Below, one piece after another: positions 32,513-40,739 of a stretch of 55,193 nt of DNA. Within the stretch, counting starts at the first letter, position 1, and each line of letters begins with the position of its first letter. A program made the position numbers and the translations under genes. Source of the DNA: a virus; the IMG/VR virus record IMGVR_UViG_3300031454_000005, positions 1-55,193 of that record; one strand, given 5' to 3'. The notes beneath the pieces were generated by a model, which was given only the letters and a program-made list of their open reading frames with translations, ran no database searches and was not told where the DNA came from.

Positions 32513-33492
32513 CTGACCCCGACCCGACCAGCCGCCCCCAGCCCGAGAGGAGCCCGACCATGAGTGAGACGACGAACGGCACCCCGGACGACACGACCAA
32601 CGGTGATGACGACCTGATACAGATGATTGAGTCCATTGCCCATGAACTGGGCGCTGAAGTGCTGTCCGATGAGCAGCTTGCCGGGCTGATCGAATCGGGA
32701 GAACGGCAAGCGATGGAGCGTGACGACCAGGCTCGATCCGAGGGGCGCCGGTTCATGGATGAGGAAACCGACACCGAGTTAATCGATACCTGGTGGGCCG
32801 ATGCCAAGGGGTGCCGATCCGTCGAAGATGCGGCGGCGCTGGCGCATCGTCTGATCAGTGATTACCGACACGACTACGGGACGATCTGCCATGCCATTGG
32901 TGCCGCGTCCTACGCGATGGCCGAGGCGATGAACGCATCGCCGTCCGGGCATATCACGAACTTTCAGGCTGGGGCCGTGCAGTGGATGTGGCTGCGGCAC
33001 TGGAATCAGTGGGAGTCCGAACCACGTCGCCTTGTCGAGTACAACGACGTGCTCTACCCGCAATATGACGAGCGGTTCTCTGCCATCTCTGGTGAGACGG
33101 CGGACTGGCTGAGGGAGCGAGCTGCGGCCAATCTTGTCGGCTCACCTCACGCTCACCCTAACGTGGCAGCTCGCTGGCGCGAGATCGCCGCCGGGCGGTT
33201 CCCAGCGTTTCTCCACATTGAAGGCGCCGCCACCGACCGCCCGACGACCCGACCCGCCGCCCCCAGCCTGAGAGGACCCCGACCAATGAGCGAGACGACG
33301 AATACCAACGGTTCATCCGACCAGCATGACTTTGATCGCTTCATGGCGGAACCCATGACGGCGGACGAATATCGACTGATTCATCGGACCATCTACGGAT
33401 GCAATGACGACCACCCGATCCAGATCGACGGCGCTTTCTCGTTCGCCGCCACCGACCGCCCGACGACCGACTCGACGGAGGGGGAGGGATGA
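32509..33492 (+). CDS. Hypothetical protein with an internally duplicated leader segment (alternative start 32560)
   Basis: ATGA overlap start at 32509. A strong GAGAGGAG RBS precedes the in-frame ATG at 32560 (MSETTNG). A near-copy of that RBS plus MSETTN segment recurs in frame at 33286. Confidence 0.55.
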   Translation: MTDPDPTSRPQPERSPTMSETTNGTPDDTTNGDDDLIQMIESIAHELGAEVLSDEQLAGLIESGERQAMERDDQARSEGRRFMDEETDTELIDTWWADAKGCRSVEDAAALAHRLISDYRHDYGTICHAIGAASYAMAEAMNASPSGHITNFQAGAVQWMWLRHWNQWESEPRRLVEYNDVLYPQYDERFSAISGETADWLRERAAANLVGSPHAHPNVAARWREIAAGRFPAFLHIEGAATDRPTTRPAAPSLRGPRPMSETTNTNGSSDQHDFDRFMAEPMTADEYRLIHRTIYGCNDDHPIQIDGAFSFAATDRPTTDSTEGEG

Positions 33493-33791
33493 CCCGGTTG
33501 AAGCCGAACGAAACGCGCGCCCAATTCAAGGTTCTGGTCGAAATGGATGTCACATGCCCTGCTTGTCACGGGTACGGGGGAAACATCCTGATTCGGCTGG
33601 ATGACGGGTCAGAACTTCGCGAACCATGTATCCGCTGTAACTACGATCGCACCGTCAAGCAGAAGCGATGGGTTCACCCGGAGACCGCGGAGCGGATCGA
33701 ACAGGACCGGCAGGAGCATCAGCGATTCCTTGCACGCCGGAAGGTCGCTGACGACGCCTGGCACAACCGGACGACGGGAGCGAATCCATGA
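33489..33791 (+). CDS. Zn-ribbon protein
   Basis: CPACHGYGG ... CIRCN; 100 aa. ATGA overlap with the upstream gene. Confidence 0.55.
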   Translation: MTRLKPNETRAQFKVLVEMDVTCPACHGYGGNILIRLDDGSELREPCIRCNYDRTVKQKRWVHPETAERIEQDRQEHQRFLARRKVADDAWHNRTTGANP

Positions 33792-33931
33792 CCCGCGCCA
33801 TTCGCCGCCGATGGTGGCACGGGCTGGCCTGGGTGTTGGTCCACGTTAGCTCCGCTTCCTCGCAGATCACCCGCAAACTGTTCTGGCTTCAGACCCGAGC
33901 GTTCGCCCGATTCATCCGCGCCGGAGGGTGA
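33788..33931 (+). CDS. Hypothetical 47-aa basic/hydrophobic protein
   Basis: ATGA overlap start. MTRAIRRRWWHGLAWVLVHV... Below the length cut-off of the ORF track. Confidence 0.3.
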   Translation: MTRAIRRRWWHGLAWVLVHVSSASSQITRKLFWLQTRAFARFIRAGG

Positions 33932-33935
33932 CCCC

Positions 33936-34091
33936 ATGACCATCCACAGCACCTATCAGCGGGATCGCCCCGACGAATACCGGGAGTTCCAGCGCCTGCT
34001 CGCGGCACTCGCGGCGACGCCAATCCATCACACCCAGCGCCGGTACGATCTCATCGCCGACATCAAACGACTTGGAGGGTACGCCCGATGA
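33936..34091 (+). CDS. Hypothetical 51-aa protein
   Basis: GGAGGG lies 7 nt upstream of the ATG. The stop overlaps the next ATG (ATGA). Confidence 0.4.
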   Translation: MTIHSTYQRDRPDEYREFQRLLAALAATPIHHTQRRYDLIADIKRLGGYAR

Positions 34092-34516
34092 CCCACGACC
34101 ACACCGACATCCCGGCCCCACTCGTCGCCGCGATCCTCGAGGCGGCCGTCGAGGCTGCGGCTGAAGCCACCTATGACCAGACCACCGACAACCGCGTCGC
34201 CTCATGGGATGGCATCGACCCTCGCGCTCAGCGAGCGTACCGGAACATCGCCCGATCAGCCCTCAGCGCCGCCCTGCCCCATCTCGCCGGCCAACCACTC
34301 GGGGTGATTCACGGGGCGTTCGCAGCCACACCGCCGCCCGCCGCGCCGGAGCTGGATCAGTTCAGTGCGTGGTTCGATCAGCGAGCCAACGACGAGTACG
34401 GGAAGGTCGTCGTCTATGACTTTGGCCGTGATGAAGACGATGACCGGGTGCGGTCGATGGCCGAGGCGGTCGCCCAGTTCCGGGCCAGCCAAGGCCGTCG
34501 AAATGACGGGCAATGA
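34088..34516 (+). CDS. Hypothetical protein
   Basis: 142 aa with operon-style overlaps. Confidence 0.5.
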   Translation: MTHDHTDIPAPLVAAILEAAVEAAAEATYDQTTDNRVASWDGIDPRAQRAYRNIARSALSAALPHLAGQPLGVIHGAFAATPPPAAPELDQFSAWFDQRANDEYGKVVVYDFGRDEDDDRVRSMAEAVAQFRASQGRRNDGQ

Positions 34517-34755
34517 TGAGTGGCCACGTTCTTTGGACCGAATCGCTGACCGAGGTCCGGCGTGCGACGGACGGAGACGAGCGTTATTGTTTTCGCTGTC
34601 GAGTACGTCGATCATTCGAGCACGTCGTTCTGGTTCCACCGCTGGACTCGTGGTACGGCCCTACGCACAAGATCGTGTGCTCGGCCTGCCAAACCGAGGA
34701 CGCCGACTGCTTCCCCGGCCGGGAACGCGAATGGTCGGATGGGGTGAGCGAATGA
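34513..34755 (+). CDS. Zn-ribbon protein
   Basis: CFRCR ... CSACQ; 80 aa. Confidence 0.5.
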   Translation: MMSGHVLWTESLTEVRRATDGDERYCFRCRVRRSFEHVVLVPPLDSWYGPTHKIVCSACQTEDADCFPGREREWSDGVSE

Positions 34756-34779
34756 GCAGGTTCGACAGGGAGACAGGCG

Positions 34780-35151
34780 ATGACGACCACGATCAGCGAC
34801 CGGTTCTATCGGCTCGTGTGGGAGTACGGGCGCGCCGCGTTGCAGTACAAGAGCGGCGACCCCGCGCTGGACGACTCGTCACACGCCCGACCGTTCCACG
34901 AGACGAAGGAGGCTCTTGTGGTGGCGGTGGCGAAGATCGAGACCGAACGTGATGCGGCGGTGGCCCGGCTGGACGAGGCGGAGGCGCGGATCAACCGGAT
35001 GCAGGTTGCGCTGTCAGATATCGAGCAGTACGTCCGGCTCGGCGACGATGAGGGCATCTGGGGCGCTACTTCACGCGCACTGGGATGGCTCCAACCCGGC
35101 GACCTCGATCACATCGACCCCACGGCGGCGACGGACGGCGGTGCGACGTGA
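34780..35151 (+). CDS. Hypothetical coiled-coil protein
   Basis: 123 aa. The helical segment AVAKIETERDAAVARLDEAEARINRMQVALSDIEQY. Confidence 0.5.
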   Translation: MTTTISDRFYRLVWEYGRAALQYKSGDPALDDSSHARPFHETKEALVVAVAKIETERDAAVARLDEAEARINRMQVALSDIEQYVRLGDDEGIWGATSRALGWLQPGDLDHIDPTAATDGGAT

Positions 35152-35408
35152 CCACCGCCGAGACGACGAGCGGCGACTTCACGGCGCCGCTGCCGACCTG
35201 GCGCCAGTACGCCGACGAGGTCCGTCGCGAGGGCGTCGTCCTGCTCGCCGACGCCGTGACCGCCGCGCTCGATGGCCTGCCGTCGGGACGAGGCGTCGAG
35301 CGACCGATCGTGTTGACCATCACCCGGCACGACGACGCGGGGAGCTGGTACACCGTGACCGCCCGGTACCCGCGGGGCCGTCGTGCGACAGGGGCGGGCG
35401 CGATGTGA
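35148..35408 (+). CDS. Hypothetical protein
   Basis: GTGA overlap start; 86 aa. In frame with track ORF 35085..35408. Confidence 0.4.
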   Translation: MTTAETTSGDFTAPLPTWRQYADEVRREGVVLLADAVTAALDGLPSGRGVERPIVLTITRHDDAGSWYTVTARYPRGRRATGAGAM

Positions 35409-35479
35409 CCATCTGCTAGACTGATTCCGACGAGTCGCTGGCTGCGGATCGCCGGGCCGGCTGCCTGGCTGGCTTTGCC

Positions 35480-35836
35480 GTGGGACGTACCATCCGTACC
35501 CTGAAAAACCGGACGCTCATGCTCAACGCCCTCGCCGATGGTGAGAGCGTCATTACTGCGTGCGAGATGGCGGGTATCGGCAAGCGGTCCTACTACGATT
35601 GGCGCTGCGACGACGCCGAGTTCAACGCCGACGCCGACGCCGCCATGGAGCAGGGCGCCGACCGCCTCGAAGCCGAGGCGATGCGCCGGGCACTGGACGG
35701 TAGCGACGTCCTGCTGATGTTCCTCATCAAGGGCAAGCGACCGCACATCTACCGTGACAACGTCAAGCATGAGCACTCCGGGTCGGTCACGTTCTCGGAT
35801 CTCCACGCGCTCGCCGGTCAGGCGGCGCCGGAGTGA
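35480..35836 (+). CDS. terS: Terminase small subunit (HTH type)
   Basis: ACEMAGIGKRSYYDWRCDDAEFNADADAAMEQGADRLEAEAMRRALDGSDVLLMFLIKGKRP is the typical actinophage TerS pattern. Immediately upstream of TerL. Confidence 0.75.
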   Translation: MGRTIRTLKNRTLMLNALADGESVITACEMAGIGKRSYYDWRCDDAEFNADADAAMEQGADRLEAEAMRRALDGSDVLLMFLIKGKRPHIYRDNVKHEHSGSVTFSDLHALAGQAAPE

Positions 35837-37281
35837 CGGTTGCCGGACGGCTTCGCCCAACCGAGGCACGCGACATCCTCGGCTCAGCCCAGGATCCGGT
35901 CTGGTTCTGCGAGCACGTCCTCGGGCACGATCCCTGGCTGATGCCGCGTCAGATCATGCGCGCTGTCAATCAGCCTCGGGCTCGGGTCGCCGTGAAGTCC
36001 TGCCACTCCTCAGGGAAAACCTTTTCGGCGTCCGAGATGGTCCTGTGGTGGGTATTCGTCATGCGCGGGATCGCGATCACCACGGCCCCCACCTGGAACC
36101 AGGTCGAGAAGCTGCTCTGGCGCGAGATCCACATCGCGCATGCCGGCTCGCGCTTTCCGCTTGGCGGCGAACTGATTCAGACCGAACTCAAGCTCGGGCC
36201 CAACACGTTCGCGATCGGCCTCTCGACCAACGAGGGCGTCCGCTTCCAGGGCTGGCACGCGAGCCCCGGCCACCCGATCCTGATCATCCTCGACGAGGCG
36301 CCGGGCGTGGCGCCGGACATCCACGAGGCCATCGAGGGTATTCGTGCCGGTGGTGACGTGCGCCTGCTGGAGCTTGGCAACCCCGTCATCGCTTCTGGTC
36401 CGTTCTACGACGCCTTCACCACGCAGCGGGCGTCCTGGACGACGTTCACGATCGACGCCCTGGCGACGCCCAACTTCACCGACGACCTGTCCCGCCCGAT
36501 GACGATCGAGGAGCTCCGGACGCTGTCGGCCGACGAGCTGGCCCACGCCCCCCGGCCCTACCTCGTCACACGGCAATGGGTCCGGGAGAAGCTGGACGAA
36601 TGGGGGGAGGGATCGCCGCTCTGGGCCAGCCGGGTCCGGGGTCAGTTTCCGCAGCAGGGCGAGGACGCGCTGCTCTCGCTCGCCTGGCTGGAGCGGGCGT
36701 CCTCACCGACCGACCCGATCCTGGCACTGGCTGAGCCGATCGTCGCCGGCGTCGACGTTGCCGGTCCGGGCGAGGACGAGACCGTCCTGACCCTGCGCAC
36801 TGCTGGTCGCACCCCGCACCAGATCGTCTCGGTCCAGTCATGGGCCAGCGCCGACCCACGTGGCGCCGTCATCGCCGCGCTCGCGCCCTACCGCCATCGG
36901 CTCGTGACCGTCAATGTCGACGCGATCGGCGTGGGCTACAACTTCGCGCTCCACCTCGAGGACCAGGGCTTCCCGGTTACGCAGGTCAACGTCGGTGAGC
37001 GGCCGACGTCGGACTACACCGAACGGTTCGCCAACCTCAAGGCGCAGCTGTACTGGTCGCTTCGGGAAGCGCTTGCCGCCGGCGACATCGTGGGCCTGAC
37101 CGACGACGTCGCGGTGAGTCAGCTAGCGTCGATCCTCTATCGACAGGACAGCCGGGGCCGGGTCGCGATCGAGAGCAAGGAGGCGGCGCGGAAGCGCGGC
37201 GTCAAGAGCCCGGACCGGGCGGAGTCGGTGATGCTGGCGTTCGCGCCGCCGCGTAAACGACGAGGAGTGGGGTCCGCATGA
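35833..37281 (+). CDS. terL: Terminase large subunit
   Basis: GTGA overlap start. Walker A-like KSCHSSGKT, Walker B LIILDEAPG and nuclease-region GVDVAGPGEDETVL. 482 aa. Confidence 0.85.
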   Translation: MTVAGRLRPTEARDILGSAQDPVWFCEHVLGHDPWLMPRQIMRAVNQPRARVAVKSCHSSGKTFSASEMVLWWVFVMRGIAITTAPTWNQVEKLLWREIHIAHAGSRFPLGGELIQTELKLGPNTFAIGLSTNEGVRFQGWHASPGHPILIILDEAPGVAPDIHEAIEGIRAGGDVRLLELGNPVIASGPFYDAFTTQRASWTTFTIDALATPNFTDDLSRPMTIEELRTLSADELAHAPRPYLVTRQWVREKLDEWGEGSPLWASRVRGQFPQQGEDALLSLAWLERASSPTDPILALAEPIVAGVDVAGPGEDETVLTLRTAGRTPHQIVSVQSWASADPRGAVIAALAPYRHRLVTVNVDAIGVGYNFALHLEDQGFPVTQVNVGERPTSDYTERFANLKAQLYWSLREALAAGDIVGLTDDVAVSQLASILYRQDSRGRVAIESKEAARKRGVKSPDRAESVMLAFAPPRKRRGVGSA

Positions 37282-37565
37282 ATGAGCCGACCAGGGAGGC
37301 TGTACCGATGACCCGCAACGAACATGATCGCGACCGGGACCACGACTCTGGCCGGTTCGTCAGCGACGCCTTCGCCGACGCCAATCCGGACACCACGACG
37401 TCCGAGCTGGTGGCATCGCACGCCGTGACGGCCGACATGGTCGAGGAGGCGACACGAATCATCGACCAACTTGCGTCGAGCGGCCCGGCAAGCTGGTGGG
37501 CTGATCCGGCGAACGTGGCCCTGATGCTCCGGGTGGCGCTCGCGGCGAGAGGAGGCGGGAGGTGA
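37278..37565 (+). CDS. Hypothetical acidic protein
   Basis: ATGA overlap with the upstream gene; 95 aa. Confidence 0.5.
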   Translation: MNEPTREAVPMTRNEHDRDRDHDSGRFVSDAFADANPDTTTSELVASHAVTADMVEEATRIIDQLASSGPASWWADPANVALMLRVALAARGGGR

Positions 37566-37768
37566 ACTGGTATGTGACGGTGATTGTGTTCCAGTTGGTC
37601 TGTCTTGTCGGCATAGTCGCGGCCCTGCCCCTTATATGGGCGATCGAGACGGGACGCCTTGACGCTCATCTGGACGACATCCGTGGCGGCCGGATCGTCG
37701 GCACCTGTGTGGGTCTGCTGGTTATTGCAACAGCCTGCGGGCTTGTCGTAGGGATGGTGGCGTCATGA
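37562..37768 (+). CDS. Two-TM small membrane protein
   Basis: VTVIVFQLVCLVGIVAALPLIW and IVGTCVGLLVIATACGLVVGMV; 68 aa. Confidence 0.5.
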   Translation: MNWYVTVIVFQLVCLVGIVAALPLIWAIETGRLDAHLDDIRGGRIVGTCVGLLVIATACGLVVGMVAS

Positions 37769-39255
37769 CCCTTCCTGCCGATCCCCTAAAATGGGCCGTC
37801 ACCGCCTTCCGTGACGGCCGGAACCTCAACTACGAGACCTACGCGAAGTACCTTGCCGGCAAGCAATCACTGGAGTTCGCGACGGATCGGTTCCGCCTGG
37901 CCTTCGGCGACCTCGTCGAGGCCCTGACCTACAACCGGTGCGAAGCGGTGGTCGACGCCCACGCAGACCGCCTGCAGGTCGCTGGCTTCGCCGCCGACGA
38001 CGGCGTCCTCGCTCAGGCGGCCCAGGCCCTCTGGGACGCCAACCGGATGGACGTCCGGGAGGGGCATGTCGCGACCGACGCCTTTGCCCTCGGCGACAGC
38101 TATGTTGCCGTTGCGATGCACCCTGAACCGGGGCGAGGCGTCCAGTTCTGGACCCTGGACCCGCGTAACGTCCGGGTCCATTACAGCCTGGAAGCGCCGG
38201 GAGAGATCGACCTGGCCGCTCAGACGTGGCAGACCGAGGACGGACACTCCCGGTTGACCCTCTACTTCGCCGACCACATCGAGAAGTACGTCAGCCGGAC
38301 CAGGACGCCGTCGGGCTTGCCTGTCAGCGCCGTCGCGTTCGAGCGCTACCAGCCTGCGGACGAGCCGTGGCCGGTCGTGTTCCCTCCCGGCAGACCGGTC
38401 CCGGTGTTCGCATTCGCCAACAACGGGCGGACCGATTCCTACGGCGCAAGCGAACTGCGCAACGTCATCCCGATGCAGGACGGCGTCAACAAGACGCTCG
38501 CTGACATGGTGGTCGCGATGGAGTTCGCGGCTTTCCCGCAGCGCGTTCTGCTTGGTGTGGACCCACCGACCCCCGAGGAGCAGGCGATCTTCGACCGGTT
38601 CATGACGGGCGTCGACCGCATCCTGACCCTGAGCGATGCCAACTCCAAGATCGGGGAGTTCAGCGCCGTCAACATCGCCCAGTACCTCGCCATCGTCGAG
38701 TTCTGGGACAAGGCCATCTCCCGAGTCACCAAGGTACCGACGCACTACCTCGGCATGACGGGGGACTTCCCATCCGGCCGCGCCCTGCGGATCGCGGAGG
38801 GGCCGTTCATCGCCAAGCTCGAGGATCGCCAGCGGGCGTTCGGCGCGGTCTGGTCCGACATCATGACCTACGCCCTGATCCTGGACGGCAAGAGCATCGA
38901 GCCGGGCGACCTGCGGGTGAACTGGAAGAGCGCGGCACCACTGAGCTCGGAGGATCAACTGGACCTGGCGTTGGGCAAGAAGACGCTTGGGATGCCGTTC
39001 CCCCAGATCCTGCGCGAGCTGGGGTACGAGCCGACGCAGTTGGCAACGATCCTCGAAGACGGGCAGACGGACATCGAGGCGGAGCTTGCGGCGGTCCGGG
39101 AGGCGAAAGCGAAGGGCCTCCAGCTGATCGAGACGCTGCGGTCGCCATGGGCGCTGCGTGAGGCCGGGGTGCCGGACGACGCGGTGAAGGACATCGAGGA
39201 GCTCAACGGCATGGACGCGATGGACGGCCTCGGCGACGTTGGGGGAGGGCCATAG
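37765..39255 (+). CDS. Portal protein (SPP1 gp6-like)
   Basis: 496 aa. Position is after TerL. The pattern FAAFPQRVLLGV ... VPTHYLGMTGDFPSGRALRIAEGPFIAKLEDRQ is typical of SPP1-type portals. Confidence 0.8.
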   Translation: MTLPADPLKWAVTAFRDGRNLNYETYAKYLAGKQSLEFATDRFRLAFGDLVEALTYNRCEAVVDAHADRLQVAGFAADDGVLAQAAQALWDANRMDVREGHVATDAFALGDSYVAVAMHPEPGRGVQFWTLDPRNVRVHYSLEAPGEIDLAAQTWQTEDGHSRLTLYFADHIEKYVSRTRTPSGLPVSAVAFERYQPADEPWPVVFPPGRPVPVFAFANNGRTDSYGASELRNVIPMQDGVNKTLADMVVAMEFAAFPQRVLLGVDPPTPEEQAIFDRFMTGVDRILTLSDANSKIGEFSAVNIAQYLAIVEFWDKAISRVTKVPTHYLGMTGDFPSGRALRIAEGPFIAKLEDRQRAFGAVWSDIMTYALILDGKSIEPGDLRVNWKSAAPLSSEDQLDLALGKKTLGMPFPQILRELGYEPTQLATILEDGQTDIEAELAAVREAKAKGLQLIETLRSPWALREAGVPDDAVKDIEELNGMDAMDGLGDVGGGP

Positions 39256-39316
39256 CATCGCTTCGCTGAGCCCGTCCCGGACGATCAACCGCTAGCCACC
39301 GAACAGGAGTAAACCC

Positions 39317-39763
39317 ATGGCTTTCACCTCGACCGCGGCCGGGAACCTCGGCGCCCACCTCGCCAACGCCCGGGTCAACTGGCTGACCGGCCCCATCAAG
39401 ATCATGCTCTGCGCCTCGACGTTCGTCCCCAACAAGGACACGACGATCTACAAGAGCGACGTGACAGGCGAGCTTGCTACCGGAGCGGGCTACACGCTCC
39501 GGGGACTGGCGCTGACTGCCAAGACCGCCGCCTATGACGCCGCGACCGACACGACGCCCCTGTCCGCCGCCAATGCCGTCTGGACGACCGCAGCGGGGCA
39601 GACGCTTACGTATCGTGTGTACGTGATCTACAGCGACACCGGCACCGACACGACCTCGCCGGTGATCGGCTGGGGCGTGGAGAGCGCCGACCAGACGGCG
39701 TCCAATGGTGGTACCGCGACCATCACGTTCGACGCGACCGGCATCGTCCGGCTGGCCACCTAA
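39317..39763 (+). CDS. Hypothetical beta-rich virion-associated protein
   Basis: CAGGAG RBS; 148 aa, rich in Thr/Ala/Gly. First ORF of the insertion between the portal and the MuF-like gene. Confidence 0.55.
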   Translation: MAFTSTAAGNLGAHLANARVNWLTGPIKIMLCASTFVPNKDTTIYKSDVTGELATGAGYTLRGLALTAKTAAYDAATDTTPLSAANAVWTTAAGQTLTYRVYVIYSDTGTDTTSPVIGWGVESADQTASNGGTATITFDATGIVRLAT

Positions 39764-39766
39764 TCC

Positions 39767-40486
39767 GTGCCCGGTCCGTACACACGGCACACCACCGGAC
39801 AGGTGATCGACGCGATCGACATCAACGAGCTGCAGGATGGGCTAGAAGGCGCGGCCCCAAGCATCGTGACGACCGCTGCCTTCGATGACTTCGTGAGCAA
39901 TACCGGGAACGGTGCGCTCGGCTGGAACAACACCTTCGGCGTGTCATCCAACTCCGTCGTCCATTACACCGGGCATCCGGGCGTCCTCACGCGGTCCAGC
40001 GGTGCGACGGCGAGCAACTATGCCGCGCACATGCTCCCCAACGGCTTCGATCCGGTCGAGTTCTTCGACGTGACATTCATCTTCGCAATGGGAACCGCGT
40101 CGGCGGGCGCGGACGTCCTGTTTCGGGTCGGCATCGGATCACACAGCGCATTGACATCCAATCCGTCTACCGCCGGAGCGTGGCTGGAAAAATTGGCGGC
40201 GGATACCGCCTGGTGGCGCGTCACCCGGAACGCGAGTGTCCAGACTCGGGAGACAACAGGCATCAACGTCGTCGCCCTCGACTGGATCAAACTGCGCATA
40301 CGCCGGATCTCGTCCACGAGTATCGGGTTCACGATGAACAACGCCTCCGAGGTGGCCATGACGACCAACCTACCTTCGGCCGGGCAACTGGTCCAGCCAT
40401 TCTTCGCAATCCTCGGAACGACGACGACCGCACGGACGGTCCTCGTCGACCTGTTCACGATGACCATTACCGGCCTCGCACGATAG
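39767..40486 (+). CDS. Fibre-like protein (tail/head fibre N-terminal motif plus jelly-roll-like C-terminal domain)
   Basis: The N-terminal TGQVIDAIDINELQDGLE matches the motif common at the N-termini of prophage fibre/hyaluronidase-like proteins. 239 aa. Confidence 0.5.
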   Translation: MPGPYTRHTTGQVIDAIDINELQDGLEGAAPSIVTTAAFDDFVSNTGNGALGWNNTFGVSSNSVVHYTGHPGVLTRSSGATASNYAAHMLPNGFDPVEFFDVTFIFAMGTASAGADVLFRVGIGSHSALTSNPSTAGAWLEKLAADTAWWRVTRNASVQTRETTGINVVALDWIKLRIRRISSTSIGFTMNNASEVAMTTNLPSAGQLVQPFFAILGTTTTARTVLVDLFTMTITGLAR

Positions 40487-40496
40487 GAGCGGTTCC

Positions 40497-40736
40497 GTGG
40501 ACATTCTCGTTTCCATTAGCGGCGCGCAATCAAGCGGCGGCGGCCGTCTTTCCGCCGGCCTCCTCATCGCTACCTCGACTGGATACCAGCTTCAGGCCGA
40601 CATCATCGTGGACTTCGCTTCCTCGACGACGCAGATGAACGCCAACGTCCGGTCACAGGCTCTGGCGATCCTGAACGGCAGCGGGATCATCGCAACGACC
40701 AGCGACCGGATGCGTGTCGCAGGCGGCTTCGTCTAA
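40497..40736 (+). CDS. Hypothetical 79-aa protein
   Basis: GTG start with tight spacing to both neighbours. Confidence 0.4.
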   Translation: MDILVSISGAQSSGGGRLSAGLLIATSTGYQLQADIIVDFASSTTQMNANVRSQALAILNGSGIIATTSDRMRVAGGFV

Positions 40737-40739
40737 CCA

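Noticed and set aside
37867-39288. 473-aa minus-strand ORF
   Set aside because: It is an antisense shadow of the portal gene, with Arg/Leu/Asp-rich low-information composition.
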